Shown piece by piece: positions 7,931-15,850 of a DNA stretch of 32,000 bases. Source of the stretch: Edaphobacter aggregans (GTDB taxonomy: Bacteria; Acidobacteriota; Terriglobia; Terriglobales; Acidobacteriaceae); assembly GCF_003945235.1 (NCBI RefSeq), contig NZ_RSDW01000001.1:3720001-3752000 (forward strand), written 5' to 3'. How positions within the stretch are numbered: the stretch's first letter is position 1; every line of letters starts with the position of its first letter. Below the pieces are notes generated by a model. It made no database searches. It was given only the letters and a program-made list of their open reading frames with translations, and was not told the origin of the DNA. Both the position numbers and the translations under genes were made by a program.

Positions 7931-8302
7931 ATGGAACCGATCATCAAGGCTGCAATTCCAATTCTGCCCGCTGCTGATACGACGGAATCTCTGAGTTGGT
8001 GGACTGACATCTGCGGGTTCAAGGAAACGTTTCGCGATGCTACGCCGCCGAACTATGCAGGAATCAATCGCGGCGACGCTTACCTGCACATTGCCGGCAT
8101 GAGCGATAAGGTGCTCGCACGAACGGTCGGCGACCAGACCATGGTGAGGATCGCTGTAAAGGGCGTTGAGGCCATGTACGAGGAATTTCAGAGTCGTGGC
8201 GGCACGGTGCATCCCAATGGACCGTTGCAGACGAAGCCCTGGGGGACCAAGGAGTTTGCCGCGATCGACCCCAATGGGGTGTGCGTGACGTTCATGGAGT
8301 AG
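7931..8302 (+). CDS. VOC superfamily protein (glyoxalase/bleomycin-resistance-like)
   Basis: About 123 aa from the ATG at 7931. IPILPAADTTESLSWWTDICGF and KPWGTKEFAAIDPNGVCVTF resemble the paired beta-alpha-beta-beta-beta modules of bleomycin-resistance/glyoxalase proteins. Confidence 0.65.
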   Translation: MEPIIKAAIPILPAADTTESLSWWTDICGFKETFRDATPPNYAGINRGDAYLHIAGMSDKVLARTVGDQTMVRIAVKGVEAMYEEFQSRGGTVHPNGPLQTKPWGTKEFAAIDPNGVCVTFME

Positions 8303-8334
8303 GCGTTTTGAGCCTCGGCATGGCTATTGCCGAT

Positions 8335-8877
8335 CTACTTGACTCCTTTAGCTGGGTCCCAGACGCCCTGGAGCTTGCGTACGTAGATGATCTGGCCGGT
8401 GTGGTAGGCGTTGTGAGTACCGATGCGGGCTATGGTGGGGGCCCAGAGCTCAAGCTTCTTGTCGTCAGCGGCTTCGATTGCCTTCTCCCATTCGGTGAGG
8501 ACTTTGTCGAGCTGCTGGACGGTGGTGGCCCATTGGGCGGCGTCGAAGTTGTTGAAGGTCTCGTCGTTGTTACCGCTGAATTTAGGCGGCTTCTCGCCTT
8601 TGAAGCGGGTCAGCGCTTCGGTGTTCCAGAAGAGGAGATGATTGGCGAGCTGGCCTACGGAGTGGTTACCGGGGCCGGGGGTCCATTTGGCCTGATCGGC
8701 GGTGAGGCCCTGGACGGCGATGTTGACGGGGACGAACCAGTCTTCCTTGTCGTGGGTGGTGTGTAGTTGATCGAGGAGGATGCTTCGGAGGGTGGGTGGG
8801 GTCTTGGGGGGTGGCGGGTCTTGCGCGTAGACCTGCATGGTGAGCGAGAGCAGAAAGGCGAGGGCGATTGGCTTCAT
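8335..8877 (-). CDS. DinB-family protein with Sec signal peptide
   Basis: Signal peptide MKPIALAFLLSLTMQVYAQD. A DinB-like His triad context is present (VGQLANHLLFW, GTHNAYHTGQIIYV). Confidence 0.75.
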   Translation of the reverse strand: MKPIALAFLLSLTMQVYAQDPPPPKTPPTLRSILLDQLHTTHDKEDWFVPVNIAVQGLTADQAKWTPGPGNHSVGQLANHLLFWNTEALTRFKGEKPPKFSGNNDETFNNFDAAQWATTVQQLDKVLTEWEKAIEAADDKKLELWAPTIARIGTHNAYHTGQIIYVRKLQGVWDPAKGVK

Positions 8878-9088
8878 GTTGGCGTCTCCTGGCGATCTGG
8901 CGGGGTCTGGCAGAAAGTGTATGCGAGGACGGGCTTTTTGCCGGGCGGGAGGTATTTTGAGGGGCGCAATTGTGACGAACGGCTGGGACAGGCTGCTTTT
9001 TCCTTGAGCAGAGACGCTAGCTTACTGAATACATTGGTCTTTTTAGCGCTCGGAGGTTGCGAATGTCGCCGGCGAGTGAAGAATTTGC

Positions 9089-9118
9089 TTGCCATGGGAG
9101 ATTCGCAGATCCTATATT
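9089..9118 (+). promoter_or_regulatory. Sigma70-like promoter for the MIOX gene
   Basis: TTGCCA (9089-9094), an 18-nt spacer, then TATATT (9113-9118). The predicted start site falls at the left edge of the palindrome at 9124-9141. Confidence 0.5.
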
Positions 9119-9123
9119 AGTTC

Positions 9124-9141
9124 AACGTTAGCGGTAACGTT
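9124..9141. promoter_or_regulatory. Operator-like palindrome, site 1 (AACGTTA-GCGG-TAACGTT)
   Basis: Perfect 7-bp inverted arms around GCGG. It shares 16/20 positions, including the contiguous 12-mer ACGTTAGCGGTA, with the site at 11090-11109. It lies between the -10 box and the SD (GGAGGGA) of MIOX. Confidence 0.65.
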
Positions 9142-9175
9142 AAACTTGCAGAGCGTTTCTCCGGAGGGAGATCAC

Positions 9176-10036
9176 ATGGCGACCATACCTGTTTCGAGCA
9201 ATGCTCCACTGAAAGATCTTGATGAGTGGGATGACTTTTTAACCGGGCGCTACCAGGAAGGCAAGAGCGAGAGTGAGTTCCGTCAGTATGACGAGAAGGC
9301 GACGCCGGGCGTCGCGGAGTTCTATCGGCTGAATCACCAGTTCCAGACGTTCGACTATGTGATGGCGAAGGAGAAGGAGTACTTCGGGCTGAACAAAGGC
9401 GAGAAGAGCATCTGGGAAGCGGCGGAGTTTTTGAACACGCTGGTGGACGACAGCGATCCTGATACAGACCTGACACAGATTGAGCATCTGCTGCAGACTT
9501 CGGAGGCGATCCGGAAGGATGGACATCCGCGTTGGTTTGTATTGACGGGATTCATTCATGATCTTGGCAAGGTGCTTTGCCTTTGGGGCGAGCCACAGTG
9601 GGGCGTGGTGGGCGATACGTTTCCTGTGGGCTGCGCTTACTCGAAGGACATTGTGTTTCCGGAGTACTTTGCGGCGAACCCGGATATTAAGAATCCGCTG
9701 TATCAGACGAAGTATGGCGTGTATGAGCCGAACTGCGGGCTCGACAAGGTGCATATGTCGTTTGGGCATGACGGCTACATCGGCGAGGTGATGAAGAAGT
9801 ACATGCCGGAGGAGTCACTGTACATGCTGCGGTATCACTCGTTTTATTCGGCGCATCGGCATGGAGCTTACAGGCACTTGATGAATGATCATGACGTCGA
9901 GATGCTGGAGTGGGTGAATAAGTTCAATGTGTATGACCTGTACTCGAAGGGGCATACGAAGCCGAATGTGAAAGAGCTGAAGCCTTACTACGACGATCTG
10001 TTCGCGGAGTTTTTCCCGGAGAAGATTGCCTGGTAG
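9176..10036 (+). CDS. myo-inositol oxygenase (MIOX, di-iron HD-domain enzyme)
   Basis: 286 aa, colinear with animal MIOX as I recall it: [65 protein letters not shown], terminal W. All His/Asp iron-ligand positions appear present. The SD GGAGGGA lies 6 nt before the ATG at 9176. Confidence 0.9.
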   Translation: MATIPVSSNAPLKDLDEWDDFLTGRYQEGKSESEFRQYDEKATPGVAEFYRLNHQFQTFDYVMAKEKEYFGLNKGEKSIWEAAEFLNTLVDDSDPDTDLTQIEHLLQTSEAIRKDGHPRWFVLTGFIHDLGKVLCLWGEPQWGVVGDTFPVGCAYSKDIVFPEYFAANPDIKNPLYQTKYGVYEPNCGLDKVHMSFGHDGYIGEVMKKYMPEESLYMLRYHSFYSAHRHGAYRHLMNDHDVEMLEWVNKFNVYDLYSKGHTKPNVKELKPYYDDLFAEFFPEKIAW

Positions 10037-10059
10037 GTGGCGTATAGCGAAGGATCATG

Positions 10060-10097
10060 GCCCTGGGTGCGGTTTTTCGGCTCAGGGCTTTGCTTTG
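10060..10097 (+). terminator. Candidate intrinsic terminator/attenuator between MIOX and the IolB-like gene
   Basis: Stem GCCCTGGG (10060-10067) pairs with CTCAGGGC (10081-10088) with one G-U pair. The loop is 13 nt and the tail is TTTGCTTTG. It lies 24 nt after the MIOX stop. Confidence 0.5.
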
Positions 10098-10120
10098 CGA
10101 CGATTTGTTATTGAAGAGGC

Positions 10121-10894
10121 ATGATGTCGGAACGATTGGTGCGGGATACGGCGAGTCAGATGGGCCGCCACATTTCTATTCGACCCGGGAGTAGCTCGAT
10201 GCGTGAGGTTAGCTATGGGCGGATACGGCTGGGCGGTGCGCAGAAGGAAGTGAGCTTTGCAAATGAAGGGCAGGAGACGGGACTGATCTGTGTGCAGGGT
10301 GAGGGCGTGGTGCTGGCTGGCGGTGAGCGCTTTGTGATGACTCCACAGGATGCGCTGTATGTGCCGAAGGGGACTTTGATTACAGTGCAGACGGATGGGG
10401 AGGTGGATCTGGTGGAGTGCTCGGCTCCTGTAGATGGGGAGTATCCATTGCAGTTTGTCTCAGTGGAGGATGTGCGGGCGGATGAGAAGCTGCACTTCGT
10501 TGCTGGCTCGGCGGGTGCGCATCGCGAGATCAATATTTTGCTGGGGAGCAATATTCAAGCGGGGAGGTTGGTGGCTGGGGTGACGCGGTCGCTGCCAGGG
10601 AACTGGACGAGCTGGCCTCCGCATGAGCATGCAGCGATGCTGGAGGAGATTTACGTGTACATCGATATGCCGGCGCCGAGCTTTGGGCTGCAATTGGTGT
10701 ATACCGGCGAGATCAGTCCGGCTGAGGTGGAGGTAGTGCGCGAAGGCGATGCAGTTCTTTTACCGGAGGGTTATCACCCGAACGTTGCGATTCCAGGAGG
10801 GACGCTGAATTTCGTGTGGATCATGGCTGCGCATCGCGAGGTGGTGGACCGGAAGTGGGGAGTGGTTCAGGTGGATCGGCGATACGCTTCGTGA
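10121..10894 (+). CDS. iolB: IolB/KduI-family cupin isomerase (5-deoxy-glucuronate isomerase-like)
   Basis: 257 aa. GNWTSWPPHEHAAMLEEIYVY and LLPEGYHPNVAIPGGTLNFVWIMAA match the IolB signature regions as I remember them (GxWSSYPPHKHD...EE.YY and GYHP...PGY..Y.LW.MAG). Confidence 0.75.
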   Translation: MMSERLVRDTASQMGRHISIRPGSSSMREVSYGRIRLGGAQKEVSFANEGQETGLICVQGEGVVLAGGERFVMTPQDALYVPKGTLITVQTDGEVDLVECSAPVDGEYPLQFVSVEDVRADEKLHFVAGSAGAHREINILLGSNIQAGRLVAGVTRSLPGNWTSWPPHEHAAMLEEIYVYIDMPAPSFGLQLVYTGEISPAEVEVVREGDAVLLPEGYHPNVAIPGGTLNFVWIMAAHREVVDRKWGVVQVDRRYAS

Positions 10895-10907
10895 TCGATT
10901 TCTAGCT

Positions 10908-10925
10908 AAAGTTACCGCTTAATTT
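10908..10925. promoter_or_regulatory. Degenerate third copy (half-site) of the operator motif
   Basis: AAAGTTACCGCTTAATTT. Its reverse complement carries AGCGGTAAC, identical to the core and right arm of site 1, but the other arm is degenerate. It lies 14 nt after the IolB-like stop. Confidence 0.35.
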
Positions 10926-11089
10926 ACCTGTGGTTTACATGAGGACTGCAAAATAACACCCACGCAGACATTCTTCCTGAGCAACATCACAGGAGATGTT
11001 CTGCGCGATGATTTCCGTTTGCGCTACATGTACTATAAATAGGATGTAAATACTTATTTTTCATGTATTTATGAATGCACTAGCTGTGT

Positions 11090-11109
11090 TTACGTTAGCG
11101 GTACCGTAA
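11090..11109. promoter_or_regulatory. Operator-like palindrome, site 2 (TTACGTTAGCGGTACCGTAA)
   Basis: Self-complementary at 16/20 positions and identical at 16/20 to the 20-mer around site 1 (CAACGTTAGCGGTAACGTTA). It ends 10 nt upstream of the -35 box of the TonB-receptor promoter candidate. Confidence 0.6.
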
Positions 11110-11119
11110 TGGATTTTGC

Positions 11120-11148
11120 TTGACAGTGCTTCGTGGCGTGGGTAAGGT
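11120..11148 (+). promoter_or_regulatory. Sigma70-like promoter candidate for the TonB-dependent receptor operon
   Basis: TTGACA (11120-11125), a 17-nt spacer, then TAAGGT (11143-11148). It is preceded by a very AT-rich stretch that could act as an UP element. Confidence 0.4.
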
Positions 11149-11235
11149 TTCGCCGTCCGCAGAAATTACTAATCGTACGACGCTAATTCTCTTGCGGGAA
11201 CTAGCGCCGTTTGGGTGCAGTAATCAACCATCTGG

Positions 11236-11263
11236 CAACAAGGATCACGACAACAAGAATCAC
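11236..11263 (+). repeat. Tandem CA-rich direct repeat in the 5' leader, abutting the SD of the TonB-dependent receptor gene
   Basis: CAACAAGGATCAC (11236-11248) and CAACAAGAATCAC (11251-11263) match at 12/13 with a 15-nt period. The second copy contains AACAAGAA, which fits AAnAAnAA. The SD AGAGG follows at 11264-11268. Confidence 0.7.
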
Positions 11264-11273
11264 AGAGGCAATT

Positions 11274-14200
11274 ATGCGAACTATTCCGAAAAGAATGTTG
11301 AAGGTGGAAGGCCATTTTGGAGCATCGGCATGGCTGAGTCTGGCGTTGACGCTGCTACTGCTGTTTCCGGCGTTGAGCGCCTATGGACAGTTTGAGTCGG
11401 CATCCGTGCTTGGGTATGCGAAGGATTCGTCGGGTGCGGCGATTCCGGGCGCTACGATCACGCTGACCAATATTGCGACCAGCATCTCGCAGACGACGAA
11501 GGCCGATGGCGAGGGGCGGTATGAGTTTCCGAGTGTGCCAATCGGCGAGTACAAGGTCGTCGCAGAGGCTTCAGGTTTTGAAAAAGTGCAGACGCAGAAC
11601 TTCACAGTAACGACGAATGCGCGGCAACGCGTGGATGTTGCGATGAAGACGGGATCCGTTTCGGAGACAGTAACGGTGACGGCTGCCGCGGCTGTGCTGG
11701 AGACGGAGACGAGCTCTCGCGGTCAGGTAGTTGGTATGCGAGAGATTCAGAATCTTCCGCTGAATGGCCGGTCTTACGCCGACCTGGCGTTGCTGGCTCC
11801 GGGCGTGCGCAAATCCTTTTTGCAGAATCAAAGCACGACGAGTCGTGAGGCGTCTTTCAACGTCAATGGCCAGCGCAGCGCCTTCAATAACTTCCTGTTG
11901 GATGGTTTGGATAACAATTCTTATGGAACGTCGAACCAGGGTTTTGCCAATGAGAATATTCCGCCATCGCCGGATGCAGTTTCAGAGTTTCGGCTGGAGA
12001 CGAACAACTACAGCGCGGAGTATGGCCGCGCATCGGGTGCGGTGATCAATGCCAGCATTCGGCGCGGCGGCAATCAGTTCCATGGGGGTGCGTGGGACTA
12101 CAACCGGAACACAGTATTCAATGCCATCGGGCCGTTCCCACCTACTTCGGGTCAGAAGCCAGCGTTCATCCGCAATCAGTTCGGTGGAACGTTCGGCGGG
12201 CCGATCTGGCGTGACCATACGTTCTTCTTTGCGGACTATGAGGGCACGAGGCAGATCGCACTGTCGTTTGGAACTGCAACTTTGCCGACAGCGGAACAGC
12301 GTGCGGGAACGTTCCTGCTGCATGCTGCCAATGGGACAACAACGCCGATTCCGCTGCAAAATCCCATCACCGGAAAGATTTACGCTAACGGCATTATTCC
12401 GGCGAGCGATCAGACTCCGTTCGCCAGGGCTGTTATGGCTGCTTTGCCAGGTACAACGAATGGGGCTGCACTCAATACTTCGGCTGCCTATGCGAACAAC
12501 TTCTCGGCGTTTCCGCGCGGCACGATCAATGATGATAAGGGTGACATCCGTATCGATCACACCTTCAGTCAGAAGCTGAGCGTTTTTGGTGTGTACAGCC
12601 AACACCAGACGACCATCTTCGATCCGCCTACATTTGGCGGTCCGGCCGGTGGCAACGCCAATTCCAATGTGCATATCTACAACCGGCAAATTGCGTTTGG
12701 TACGACATACGTCATTACACCGTCGTCGCTGTTGGATTTCCGCATGGGTATCGGTCATAACGAGGGCGGCAAATCGCCTTATGGCGTCGGTCAGCCAAGC
12801 CTGCTCACGCAAAATGGCATCACGAACGGCATTCCGACGGATCCGCTTATTGTCCGCAGCCTGAACGCACAGAGCGTTTCGGGTTTCGCGCAATTCGGAG
12901 CTCAGCCGGCCAGCCCGCAGTTCCAGAATCCTTCGGTCATCAATCCCAAGGCAAACTACACCTTGGTTCATGGAATCCACTCGATGAAGGTCGGCTATGA
13001 GTATCAGGCGATCAACACGCAGATCAACGATTACAACCCGAGCTACGGTCAGGACAATTACGGCGGGGCCTATTCCACTGTTCCAAACTGCACTACTCCT
13101 CCGGCCGCACCTGTAACACCATGCGCAACTAATCCGACCGATGCGTTTTCGCAACTCTCGCAGGCTCGTAATCTGGCGGACTTTCTTTTTGGGAATCGCA
13201 ACTCGTATTCGTTGACGAATTTCTTTATCGCCTCGGTGCGTCAGAGGATGAACTTCATGTACTTCCAGGACGACATCAAGGTGAGGTCAAACCTGACGGT
13301 CAACGCCGGCCTGCGCTATGAGCTGGCAACGCCGCAGTATGAGGCGAACAACAAGCTTGCCAACTTTGATCCTTCTACGAAGACGCTGATTCAGGCTAAG
13401 GATGGTTCAATCTACGACAGAGCTTTGGTAAACATGGCATTGAACAATTTTGCGCCACGCTTTGGCTTTGCTTATAGCGTGACGCCGAATACGGTTATTC
13501 GTTCCGGCTATGGCATCAGCTATACCCAGTACAACCGCGCCGGTGGAGAAAATAATCTGACCTACAACGGGCCTAATGTTGTGAATGCAACTATCAACAA
13601 CGCATCGCCATCGCCCGCAAGCCTTTGCCTCAACGACACGCAGGACCAGACAAAATGCTTCCGTCAGACACAGCAGGGTTACTCGGTGACGCTGACGGCT
13701 CCGTCGGCATTCAATCCGGCACTTGTGACGTCGCGCTATATACCGAAGGACACGAGGACCGGTTACGTGCAGAGCTACCACTTGTCTGTGCAGCAGCAGT
13801 TGCGGGGCGGGCTCGTTATGGATTTCGCGTATGTGGGCAATACTGGCCGGCATCTGCAGATTCTTGCCGACTATAACCAGGCGAATCCTTGCACCGCGGC
13901 GCTGGCTTCTCAGTGCCCTGGTTCCACGCTGGCAGCACGCCGTCCCATACCTACCTTTGGCGATATCGAAATTGCTTACGGTGGTGGACCCTCCAACTAC
14001 AACTCATTGCAGTTCAAGGTTGAAAAGCGCTACGGGAATGGTTTGTATCTGCTCAACTCGTTCACGTACGGTCGCGCTTTTGACTTGTCGTCGGGGCATC
14101 TTGAGACGAGCAACGGTGATAATTCTCGCGTGAATTTTGCTAACCCTGCGGGTGACTATGGCCGGTCGGGCTATGATCAGCCGCTCAACAACACCACTTC

Positions 14201-14768
14201 GATTATTTACGACCTGCCTTATGGAAAGGGACGTCGCTTTGGAAGCAGCGCTCCATATCTTATGAACGCGCTTCTTGGTGGATGGCAGCTGACCGTTATC
14301 AATAATATGAACAGCGGTCTGCCGGTAAACCTCAACTACACGAACAGCACGTCGAACGGGACGAATGTCACGGATCTGTATACGTACAGGCCCAACGTGA
14401 CGGGTAATCCCGTGGCTCCTGCTGCGAATCGAGTGAAGACGGCGACTGCACTGACTGGTTGGCTGCTGAAGTCGACTGGTGCAGGGGTTCCCGGCGTCTC
14501 TGTTCCGACTGGCGGCAGTCCATTCGGCAATGCACAGCGGAACATGGTTGTCTCTCCGGCGTTCTACCAGACGGATCTAGGCTTGCATAAGGCGTTTCCG
14601 CTATGGAGAGAGGGATCGACCTTTGACTTCCGTTGTGAGGCGTTCAATATCCTCAACAAGGTCAACTACCAGGCACCAGACGGCAATATCAGCAACTCAA
14701 CCTTCGGGGCTATCAGCTCTGCTTACCCTGCACGACAGCTTCAGCTTGCAGCCAAGGTGTTCTTCTAA
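11274..14768 (+). CDS. TonB-dependent outer-membrane receptor with N-terminal CarboxypepD_reg-like domain
   Basis: Signal peptide (...LLLLFPALSAYGQ), then a carboxypeptidase-regulatory-like Ig domain (GYAKDSSGAAIPGATITLTNIATS...DGEGRYEFPSVPIGEYKV). The plug carries NLPLNGRSYADLALLAPGV. A long beta-barrel follows and ends in the aromatic residues ...LAAKVFF. I prefer the ATG at 11274 (SD AGAGG 5 nt upstream) over the ORF-track start at 11211. Confidence 0.85.
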   Translation: MRTIPKRMLKVEGHFGASAWLSLALTLLLLFPALSAYGQFESASVLGYAKDSSGAAIPGATITLTNIATSISQTTKADGEGRYEFPSVPIGEYKVVAEASGFEKVQTQNFTVTTNARQRVDVAMKTGSVSETVTVTAAAAVLETETSSRGQVVGMREIQNLPLNGRSYADLALLAPGVRKSFLQNQSTTSREASFNVNGQRSAFNNFLLDGLDNNSYGTSNQGFANENIPPSPDAVSEFRLETNNYSAEYGRASGAVINASIRRGGNQFHGGAWDYNRNTVFNAIGPFPPTSGQKPAFIRNQFGGTFGGPIWRDHTFFFADYEGTRQIALSFGTATLPTAEQRAGTFLLHAANGTTTPIPLQNPITGKIYANGIIPASDQTPFARAVMAALPGTTNGAALNTSAAYANNFSAFPRGTINDDKGDIRIDHTFSQKLSVFGVYSQHQTTIFDPPTFGGPAGGNANSNVHIYNRQIAFGTTYVITPSSLLDFRMGIGHNEGGKSPYGVGQPSLLTQNGITNGIPTDPLIVRSLNAQSVSGFAQFGAQPASPQFQNPSVINPKANYTLVHGIHSMKVGYEYQAINTQINDYNPSYGQDNYGGAYSTVPNCTTPPAAPVTPCATNPTDAFSQLSQARNLADFLFGNRNSYSLTNFFIASVRQRMNFMYFQDDIKVRSNLTVNAGLRYELATPQYEANNKLANFDPSTKTLIQAKDGSIYDRALVNMALNNFAPRFGFAYSVTPNTVIRSGYGISYTQYNRAGGENNLTYNGPNVVNATINNASPSPASLCLNDTQDQTKCFRQTQQGYSVTLTAPSAFNPALVTSRYIPKDTRTGYVQSYHLSVQQQLRGGLVMDFAYVGNTGRHLQILADYNQANPCTAALASQCPGSTLAARRPIPTFGDIEIAYGGGPSNYNSLQFKVEKRYGNGLYLLNSFTYGRAFDLSSGHLETSNGDNSRVNFANPAGDYGRSGYDQPLNNTTSIIYDLPYGKGRRFGSSAPYLMNALLGGWQLTVINNMNSGLPVNLNYTNSTSNGTNVTDLYTYRPNVTGNPVAPAANRVKTATALTGWLLKSTGAGVPGVSVPTGGSPFGNAQRNMVVSPAFYQTDLGLHKAFPLWREGSTFDFRCEAFNILNKVNYQAPDGNISNSTFGAISSAYPARQLQLAAKVFF

Positions 14769-14795
14769 AGCAGGCTATTCAATAAACTGAAAGAC

Positions 14796-14830
14796 CTGCG
14801 GCGCCGATTCCACTGCGAACGGCGCCGCAG
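14796..14830 (+). terminator. Strong GC hairpin without U-tract between the receptor and the phosphoesterase gene (partial terminator or processing/stability element)
   Basis: Perfect 11-bp stem CTGCGGCGCCG (14796-14806) / CGGCGCCGCAG (14820-14830) with a 13-nt loop. It is followed by CAACAAGCGG, with no T run. Confidence 0.4.
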
Positions 14831-14872
14831 CAACAAGCGGAACGCAGTTTCGTTGAAGGATGGGATACGGTT

Positions 14873-15814
14873 TTGAAGATTGATCGGCGTACATTTGCTC
14901 TTAGCGGGGCGGCAGCCCTGGGAACACTTTGGACTCCTCGCATATGGAGTGAGGTGGCACAGACTGCATCTCCTACCCGCTTTCACTTCGCGGTGGTGAG
15001 CGATACACATATCATCGACGACTACTACCAAAAAGGTACTGAGAATGGTGTCGAGGATAATGAGAGCATCCTTCGCACGACGGAACGCCTGGTTTCTGCG
15101 AGGACGTTGATCAACTCGCTGCGGCCTAAGATCGAGAAGGTTTTTGTTCCGGGTGACTGCTTCCACAATTACCCGTCGGCTGACTACGATTTTTATTTCA
15201 AGAACCGCACGCGGATTGATATTGCGAAGGAGCTGTTTGATGGCTTCGAGATGCCGGTGCATCTTGGATTCGGCAACCATGACTATGATGTTCCTCGTGT
15301 GTCGCGCGAGATGTCGCATAGATTGTTTGCCGAGAAGTTGAAGGCTAAGCCATACTCGTCGGTTGACTACAAGGGATTTCGGTTTGTGCATCTGAACAAC
15401 TTTATGGGTGCGACGTGGGATAAGAGTTCCGATCAGTTCAATAAAGGGTTGGGTTCGCTGGGTGTGGAGCAATTGAACTGGTTTGAAGGACAATTGCAAG
15501 ATCGAAAGCCCACGGTAGTTTTCATTCACTATCCGCTTTGGATTGTGGTGCCGACCGAGGTGAAGGATTACGGCTTGCATCCGTTGCTCTACAAATACCG
15601 GGATAGTATTCAGCTTGTGGCTGCCGGGCACTGGCATAAGTGGGTGGATTTTGCGCATACTTATGGGCCGCAGCATTATGTGACTGCGGCTACGCGATAC
15701 GATCCCAATGCGTATATGTTGTTTGAGGCGGATAGTAAGAAGCAGACGCTTCGGTGGATGAATGAGGATCTGGTGCAATGGTCGACGCATTATGCCAAGC
15801 CTTACAAAGGCTAA
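14873..15814 (+). CDS. Calcineurin-like metallophosphoesterase with twin-arginine (Tat) signal
   Basis: All five MPE motifs are present: VVSDTH, PGDCFHN, GNHDYD, IHYP and AAGHWHKW. The N-terminus KIDRRTFALSGAAALG fits the Tat consensus. It starts at TTG 14873, with GAAGGA 12 nt upstream. Confidence 0.8.
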   Translation: MKIDRRTFALSGAAALGTLWTPRIWSEVAQTASPTRFHFAVVSDTHIIDDYYQKGTENGVEDNESILRTTERLVSARTLINSLRPKIEKVFVPGDCFHNYPSADYDFYFKNRTRIDIAKELFDGFEMPVHLGFGNHDYDVPRVSREMSHRLFAEKLKAKPYSSVDYKGFRFVHLNNFMGATWDKSSDQFNKGLGSLGVEQLNWFEGQLQDRKPTVVFIHYPLWIVVPTEVKDYGLHPLLYKYRDSIQLVAAGHWHKWVDFAHTYGPQHYVTAATRYDPNAYMLFEADSKKQTLRWMNEDLVQWSTHYAKPYKG

Positions 15815-15850
15815 TACTAGAAATCAGATAAGAGAGGCTGCAACCTTTTT

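Noticed and set aside
10895-11273. AT-rich segment as evidence for a genomic island or mobile element
   Set aside because: There are no flanking integrase, transposase, tRNA or direct repeats. The flanking genes have the same composition as the rest of the window. It is better explained as a promoter or regulatory spacer.
11982-13154. 390-aa minus-strand ORF inside the first TonB-dependent receptor gene
   Set aside because: Antisense shadow ORF, Arg-rich, with no domain motifs. The + strand frame has clear plug and barrel signatures.
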